Assembly: GCF_026571515.1 (NCBI RefSeq)
Contig: NW_026857726.1
Location: 1-64,000, forward strand
Length of the DNA stretch: 64,000 nucleotides
Reading direction: 5' to 3'
From: Ruditapes philippinarum
Taxonomy: Eukaryota
This document shows positions 56,601 to 64,000 of this stretch, piece by piece. A program made the position numbers and the translations under genes. Position 1 is the first letter of the stretch; the number at the start of each line of letters is the position of its first letter. The notes under the pieces are model-generated. The model ran no database searches, was not told where the DNA came from, and saw nothing but the letters and a program-made list of their open reading frames with translations.

Positions 56601-57813
56601 AATAAAATTTCATATCGACTGGATATGCATTGTGTATTGTGTACATTGCCATAGGCGAGATTGTTAGCTGCAACTGTATGACGTCACGCCATGTGCTATT
56701 GACCTTTTCGAAAACCTAGCTAAACACCGTTTTCCGGTATGTTGCGGATTTAGCTCTGGGGAATTACACCAAATGAAGTACATGACACAGTTACATGATA
56801 TTTCTATTTTACTATCATTATTTTACCGTTTAAGGTTTAAAAAATTGATGTTTTTGAAAATTATCAATATTCCTTTAATATCTAAATTCTAATGCAAATT
56901 TTTGTAAAAAATAAATTATTTATAATGAAAATCAATAAAATTTAAACAGGCGTAGTGGAATCTTCCATGATAAATAAGGTTATTTTCTGCGTAAACTTGT
57001 GTATTTACTTTATTTTTTGTATGGAATCATTCATACAATGATATTCAATTGTTTTCTTATAAAGAAATAACTGTTTTATTTCAATTTAATTTTAAAAAAG
57101 GCCGAAAACATCGAGTTCGCTATTACACTCCATTACGTGAATTCCCCAGAGCTATGTACAGAAAGTACCGGAAAATGGCGTTTAGCTAGGTTTTCGAATT
57201 CGTGAATAAAGGGAAAATGTTGAATCAATTCGGACCGCTGATTTTGCTACACAAGTATAAACAGAAAGTTTTGCTTCCAAGTATGACTTAAATTTGTCTG
57301 GCCCATTTGCATTAGTGCAAGTCTGATATGCATGCCAATAAAAATTGGGCAATTTATTTATAAAATTTAAACTACTGAATTGTTGCATGGTGAGAGTTTA
57401 ATTTATTTGAATATCTGGACATGGTAAACACGACATAATTTGCATATTGTATATACCTATACAACAAGTCATTGCATTATATCATGTGAGCATGAAGATT
57501 GTAGTACTCAACTATAAGGACATCAAAGTAAATGAACTTTTGAGTACTCAGCATTACCAGTCAAGCTGCAGGTAAATCTGTCAAACAATTTTACATGGAA
57601 ATGTACTTTTGACATTTGCTTCCAATTTCATGGGACCGTTATCTTATAACATTTTCATGTACATATTAAACTTTTTATTACCACTTTCAAGTCCAATACA
57701 CCATCTTTCGCTTCTTGCAGCAGTGTCACAAACTTTGTTGTCAAAAGTCCTAAACTTTTCTCATGACGATTCGTTGGCTGGTCAGTTTCGACATTTATGT
57801 GGAAATTAGACAT
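50664..57813 (-). CDS. E2F4/5: E2F transcription factor, E2F4/5 class, 364 aa, 8 exons
   Basis: Exons 57813-57682 ([14 protein letters not shown]), 55987-55878 ([23 protein letters not shown]), 55699-55538, 53481-53373 (LAYVTHEDI...[13 protein letters not shown]), 52787-52572 ([17 protein letters not shown]), 52344-52140, 51365-51321, 50779-50664 (pocket-protein-binding motif [17 protein letters not shown]). 1095 nt in frame. Confidence 0.96.
51765..52010 (+). mobile_element. tRNA-derived SINE (MetaSINE-like family)
   Basis: Head TGGCTGGATAGTTAAGGTC..., core ATGTGAGGAAGCTATCC...GGTTCTACTCAGGTGCC...GGTCTTCCTC. A partial inverse copy lies at 50850-51017. Confidence 0.7.
53503..54878. mobile_element. 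Helentron-like element with four ~167-bp tandem repeats and a (CA)n/(CAAA)n microsatellite
   Basis: One end reads ACAAG...ATGCCACCGCA and the other is the hairpin ATGCCACCGCATCGCAGATGCTGCGGTGGCAT plus an A-run. Repeat units start at ~53962, 54127, 54295 and 54462. Confidence 0.8.
54985..55322 (-). mobile_element. tRNA-derived SINE (Deu/Nin-domain-like)
   Basis: Minus-strand A box GATAGCTCAGTTGGTAAGA and B box GGATTCGATCC. The central domain is shared with 9722-9860. Confidence 0.7.
56209..56540. mobile_element. 332-bp CAGGG MITE (second copy), E2F intron 1
   Basis: Same TIRs as 50321-50652. Flanks GACCT/GTCCT form a 5-bp TSD with one mismatch. Confidence 0.85.
56707..57198. mobile_element. 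TIR element with ~60-bp imperfect inverted repeats
   Basis: TTCGAAAACCTAGCTAAAC...TAGCTCTGGGGAATT / AATTCCCCAGAGCTA...GTTTAGCTAGGTTTTCGAA. Confidence 0.65.
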
Positions 57814-60789
57814 AATGCATCAATGTACCATGTGCTATCATGCAAATAATATTGTTCCTTTTGGGAACATTTACATGTGTTGTGAAATGAATGCAGCTGA
57901 TCTATCCCGATCACTTTTAAATGTTCACCTCGCCGATTGAATTCCTCAAACCAACCATTTTGACTATTGAATCATGGGAATATCGCGTCACGCGTGGCTT
58001 ACACGGTAAGTGGGCTATCATTACGGAAATGCAAATTTAAACTCGTGCTGACTGTTGCATATATCGGTCTTCCCAGGATTGGTGAAAAAGGGTGTCATTT
58101 TTTGCTCTGGACATCGTCATTAAAAAAATGAAGTGACTTATTTGTTCAATATTTGAAAGATTTATTTGGTAACTTTTAGACACATTTAAAACTTAAAAGA
58201 CTTTTTTTGGTTAAATGTTGGCGATTTTTTTACATTCGATGCTCAGACTTTTATTAGATGGAACTTTTGATTTAAACATATTGTTACATAACTTTGTTTT
58301 TTAACGAAAATTTTACTGAAGACTGAATTTCATCATGGTATTGGAGTGGCATTGTTTGACAATATGTTTAAATATATTTATGCTAGCCATAGAACTCTAA
58401 CTCAGGAGCCAGTCTTTGTTAGATGGTCTTTGTGGGCATTTTTTCAAAAGTAAGATTGTGTGTTTTGCACTCCTGTTTAAGCTAATAATAATAATAATAA
58501 TAATAATCGCGAAAGAATAAAAGGTAATTGTTAAGATGTCATAAAGTTTCATCTATCTAGATTCCATGTTTAAGAAAATGCGCTATGTAAGCCCTACCCC
58601 ATTACTTCTGATTTATTTGTTTTAGAAAAAATAATGTTTTAACCCGCGATATTTCATTGATGAGACACTCGTAAGTAGATAGCAAAAAGGAGAACATTTT
58701 TTCAATGACTTATTGTAGTTACTTAAATATTTCATTGAATTTAAGATCAAATCTGAATAGTGTCACAGAGCCAGTACATGTACATACAAGTTACGAAGTG
58801 TGCATATGTTCCTTTTTCTAGAAATTTAAGCTTTTCATTGTCTAAACTGATAAATATCATAATATCGAATGATTGCACATTTTTTATAAGCAAACATTTT
58901 CCCAAATTCCTTTTCCTTTCCTGAGAGAAGTGCATATTTTATTAATAAACTGCCTAATAATAATGATGATATATACATGTATAGCGCATGATAGCATATG
59001 TTCTAACATATAAAACGTAATTTGTAACTGAAACATAAAGTAATGTTCAAATAGCCAGCCAATCTGTTCTTCTGTTAACTTTGTTTCATTAGAAACATGC
59101 ATTATTTTATATCTGAAACAAATGGTAAAGTTTCGTTATCATTTTTGTAACAAAACAAACAAACAAAAACAACTAATGTTTTTGAAAATGAATGCGTTTT
59201 GTTCATATCATGCAACTCGTAGACATTAATTTAGTTTTGAAAAGAAATAGATTAATACTAAAAGTCACATACAATGTAATAGCCTGGATTTCATGCAGGG
59301 ATTTAATTAATTGGCAGGAATTCAATATTAATAAGCAAAAATGTGCATCGACGATATTTTTCATAATAGTTATTGTATGAATAGCGTAGCCTTGTTCCTG
59401 CTTAGGCATATGAATCTATTTTACAAGCCACGAGAAGACGGCATTTCTATTAAATACATGATACGCATTATAATAAAGAAAAAAAGTTACTTGCAGAGAA
59501 CTGTGGACAGGTATATAGTAAATATTCTGAACAATAAAAAAAAGTATTAGCATACCAAACTTTAACGCATCGCATATGAATCTCTTTTTTTTTTGTTCAT
59601 TTTTAAGAACAAAAAGTTCAATGTTATTTTAGGTATATACTAGAGCAGTTTGTAACCACCATATCTGTAGCACAAATAATAGTGCTATATTACATTTCAA
59701 TTGATTTTTTAAATGAATACCTCAATTTGTAAGGAGTAAAACAGGTAATGTGGTAATAAAATCATCTTTCATTTCTTTGATATGTGTCAGATAAAGATAA
59801 ATAGCATTAATTAATGATTTACTTTGATAACTTTATCCACTGACCATTTTATATTCTACAAAAAACAGGACAAAAGAAAAGAAAAAAGTAAAATAGCTTT
59901 TTAAATGTCAATAATTCGAGAAATAAGTTATGAGTATATGTTTCGTCCTAAACGCTTGTTTAATCCTCGTATATCAAAAGCCTTTGCTATACCTTAACGT
60001 ATTTTTGGGACTTTGATACAACCAATTTCATAGTAAATTTTTAATCTGAACCAATGGGTTGAACTTTACATGAGTTTTCATTTGCTTGCAAATTGAACGC
60101 AATGACATAATTCATTTTGAAGCTTCCGTTTTTCATGAATCGATCACTTGATTTATGCATTTGAAATGTTTTAAAAATTACTTAGGATCACATCCACCAC
60201 TTAAGCAGATAAGCAGTGTTACTAAATAAAAGCCGTACATTATCGATTAACGTTGGCAGAAATTTCAAACCGTAAGATATATAATAGAAAAAAAAACGAA
60301 ATCTCCAAACAACGCCCAACACGGCAAAATTGAAAATGTTGCAGGCTCAGTTTGATTGAGCCTATTCATGGACGGTACTGGAAAGTATAAATTACCGTCT
60401 ACGCCACCTAGCACCGGCTTAAGCAAAATTCGGCTTAAGCAAAATTCAACATTTAATCATGGTAATGGTAAAATTTTGAATTTAGAAAATCCGCAGATGT
60501 GTTGATATGGCGGTTATCATGCAACCTTCAATGTAACACGTTAGTGCCATTCCATTAAAAAGTGGTGTAAGACCCGTGGATACTTCTGAAAAGGTTAGAA
60601 CTCACTTCAAAACACAAGAGCTGTTTGTAAGAGAGCATGCTCGACTTTTCTCAGTATGTGGCAGTAATGAAAGAAACATAACTCTATGAAAAGGTTACTC
60701 AAGAGTTATGGGTGCCGTACCCATCATATTAAATAGTCACAGAGAACAAGTGTGTAAAGCCACAGACACTTGGGGTTGTGGAATTCCAA

Positions 60790-61025
60790 AACGCCTTAAA
60801 TCCAAATAAAATGTATATTTGTCAATCCCAGCAAATGTGCATATCAATCAAACTTAAACCCCTCTGTTAAAAAAAAAATCATATTTCAACCTCTTTTATA
60901 ATGTGTATTATAACAGAGGTTGAAATGTGACAGCCTATAAAATAAGTGTTACTAAAATAGATATATATATGATAACTTATGTGCTGGGATTGAAAATATA
61001 TGTTTTGTTTGATTTTTAAGGCGTT
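60790..61025. mobile_element. Fold-back MITE
   Basis: AACGCCTTAAA...CAATCCCAGCA / TGCTGGGATTG...TTTAAGGCGTT with the central hairpin ATTTCAACCTCT...AGAGGTTGAAAT. Confidence 0.65.
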
Positions 61026-61875
61026 GACCTCTAATCATTGACATTATAGAGGGTAATTATATTGACAGCGTCCAAATTGGAATATATTGGATGGTTATAT
61101 GGAACAAAGTAATGATTAGATGTTAATAATTGAATGTTATTGTTTATAGTTAATCCCATGCATGTTTCAAACGTGTATACCACTAAAGCATACAAGTTTT
61201 AACTGGCAAAACTAGTGAATTCGGTTTTCGGTTCAAAGTTTCATCTGTGAGCATATTTTTAACCCTAGTTAATAAAATCAACTGGTATCAGACTCACACC
61301 ATCTGGCTTAGTGGACAGTGATTTCACTTGAACATGTCATTCATCAATGAGCTTAACAAGTAACATGAATTTTCATGATCATGATGTATCACTTTTATGG
61401 ATTTTATTTACTAGTACTCCACAGTCCATGAATGGCCATGACCTTAAGTTGTTTGCAGAATTACCAAATGCATTTTTTGTCTTTTCTTTATTTCAATATA
61501 AAAAGTACACATGTTATATACAAAAACCATCATAAAAGAATTGTTGCACAAACATCTTTATAATTTCTATGTAGTGTGTTAACTCAAACAAGATTAAATA
61601 TATGCATTTGTCATCCAAATCTAAGCACATATCTATCTGATATCCTTAATAAACGAAAGTTAACAACTTTTAAAAACTCAGCATGGATAATAGAACTGAT
61701 GATAAAATTTAATTTGAGATTTCATATACTAGGTGTATGATCCTAGCACAAGTATCAGTACTTCCATTATTAAAGACATTGGTTTCCATGGTTTCCATCC
61801 CTGAACAATGCTTGAAAAGTTTCTGTAAAATTCCATTTTCTTGGTCCCCCTGTGAACAAAACGATTTGAAAATTG

Positions 61876-63690
61876 TCATCCTACTTTAATCATAAACAAT
61901 TTATCTTTTGTCAAAATAAAAAGTCTCTCATTTGTGGTCTGTATCCCAAGAATGTCATTTGTGGTATCCAAGGAGATCACTTGTTGCTTAGCAACGGCAT
62001 TCACTTGCTGACCTGTCTTTCTATTTCGTAACGGTGTGGCTACTGGAATATTTTGTCTATAAAGGTAAATGTGTTTGCTATTGTCACATATGGCACTGTA
62101 AGAGTAATCTGGGGGACATATTGTGAACTTTCTCTGCTGTTTTGACGCTTGCACATAGCCAAACGCATTGAATGTTGCGATATGTTTCCATCGTGACTTG
62201 TCACCTGTGTCTTGTTTCCATAGTAACCCATCAACATCATGCCTCAAACAAAGTCCAGGTGTAGAGTTCTCTCCCATGGTTACATTGAACAACCACTGAT
62301 GACTGCCAAGTCCAATCTTTATAGAATAGAATTCATTAAAACAATATACATTTTATTGTAAAAGCTTAAAATACATTTAATACACTTGTTGCTATAAATA
62401 GTAACAAATTTGACCATGATTTCAACTGATTACTAGTGTTGCTTTTTGATAATAAACAAGAATACCAAAAAGACAAAATACCATTACAAAAAGTTCACCT
62501 TTTAGCATTTTGTACTTGTTGAGCTAAAAATGGACATGTAATTCTTTGAATTTGGAATTTTGGGATTTTATATCACACCAACACTATACAGGTCATTGGC
62601 AACTTTCTAACTTTACTGGTGGAGGAAGACCTCAGGTACCCCTTCAGCATAATTTTAGGCACAAGCGGGCACCTGAGTAGAACCACCAACGTTCTGTTAG
62701 CTACATGTATCAATCTAAAGCCCCTGGCGGGATTCAAACCTACAACAGTGAGGGGCTAGTGTTTTGAAGTCCATGACCTTGAAAGCTGACCTGCCTTTAT
62801 ACTTGTGGCATGGACATTATTGTGGTTAACTTAGCATTCAAAGGCTTCAGATGATTTCAAAATGATTTCTTATACAACATACCCTGTATTGTATCTTATG
62901 GGTGTCACCATTTATAGTAAGTAGGACAGACTCATCGTCAGGATACATATCACATTCCTCTAACTGCTGGGTATTGTACGGCTTCTCAGACTTCTCCGGG
63001 TCTGGGTTCTATAAATAGATATGAAACATTTATATTGTTCAAGATACTGTAAAATCACAGCTTATAATTGATATTCATGTAAATTCGACTTACACACTCA
63101 ACTTACAACAATGACTCAGCAACATGTTTTGTTTAAAAATTAAATTATCAATTAATATCGACCTCGCATTATGTTTATAAGGAATATTATTTCATTTTAT
63201 TTGTAATGAAGATTTTCACAGGAAATATAATGGCCATAAAGCCTGTCTTTATAACAAGTTTATAAATAATACTGCACAATTTCTGACTTTGATAAAGATA
63301 AAAGAAAAAAAACATACATACGTAATTCTTAGAATAGTAGATAAACAATGGACATTACAAATGTGTAGTATTCTTATAACATATTTAAAACATTTTTTCA
63401 TAAAGCATATACAAATCGGTGAGGCCAATTTTGAGATAAAAAGCACTTTCATAATCTAGTTATAAGCTATCTAGCTAAATATTAACCTCAAACAAAATTC
63501 AGTCTTTTCTTTTCAATACAGTTGAGAGTTTATTACAATATAACCTACCATTTCTTCTGATGTAAGGGAAGCCAAACGTTCATGTATAGCCGCGACCTCA
63601 GATGGCTCTGACAACATTTCACCACGAGTATCCCCATCTACTACTAGTGGCCAATTACCCTCTGTTTTCTTACTGAGATACAGATCCACT
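61876..63690 (-). CDS. NUDCD1: NudC domain-containing protein 1 (last three exons; 5' part beyond the window)
   Basis: Exons 63690-63549 (IHERLASLTSEEM), 63008-62883 (NPDPEK...NTQQLEECD), 62316-61876 (CLRHDVDGLLW...ATFNAFGYVQASK...AKQQVISL...NERLFILTK). These motifs match the NUDCD1 C-terminus. Confidence 0.93.
62555..62781 (-). mobile_element. tRNA-derived SINE (MetaSINE-like family)
   Basis: GGAGGAAGACCTCAGG...GGGCACCTGAGTAGAACCACC core plus a B-box-like GGGATTCAAACC. Confidence 0.7.
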
Positions 63691-64000
63691 CTGAAATATA
63701 TATATTAAACTTTTTTTTTACATTTTTTCTTTTCAAATCAATTTTACAAAACTACTGTTTAATTTTTAAACTCTTGTTTACCACAAGTACATAGCATTTT
63801 CCAACACATCAAATGAAAGTTGAAACGTACGATTAGCCCAAAAGGTACAGGCTTGGACTGTGAATCGAGTGACCTGGGTTTCCGGGACGGTGCAGGTCAT
63901 TTTCATTATGACCGAAGAAATAATTATTAGTCATTCACACTGTACCTCTGGTCTGGCATGTACAGAAGTAATCAGTTCCTTGAACAAGTAAAGGCAACTA

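Overview
AT-rich, intron-containing animal genomic DNA. The repeat complement (tRNA-derived SINEs, Helentron-like elements, palindromic MITEs) suggests a bivalve mollusc; this is an inference. I could reconstruct seven conserved housekeeping genes exon by exon with GT-AG boundaries and consistent phases: APRT(-), POP4/RPP29(-), PYURF/preY(+), FARS2(-, first exon unresolved), LYRM4/ISD11(+), E2F4/5(-) and the 3' end of NUDCD1(-). The window opens with the 3' end of an unidentified ORF. The most notable structures are these. (1) A ~2.57-kb tandem duplication gives FARS2 two intact terminal (anticodon-binding) exons. (2) E2F4/5 has a U12-type intron, with a Helentron-like element inserted against its branch site. 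(3) A TIR element with a 9-bp TSD sits about 30 bp upstream of the LYRM4 ATG in the FARS2-LYRM4 head-to-head region. (4) A nested transposon pile-up at 30.6-37.4 kb includes a solo LTR and two unrelated element families that share one cis-architecture. (5) A small ORF directly abuts the PYURF stop codon. I found no prokaryote-type system (CRISPR, operon, defence island) and no autonomous transposase or RT ORF. I cannot claim a wholly new biological system from this window; the findings are testable leads.
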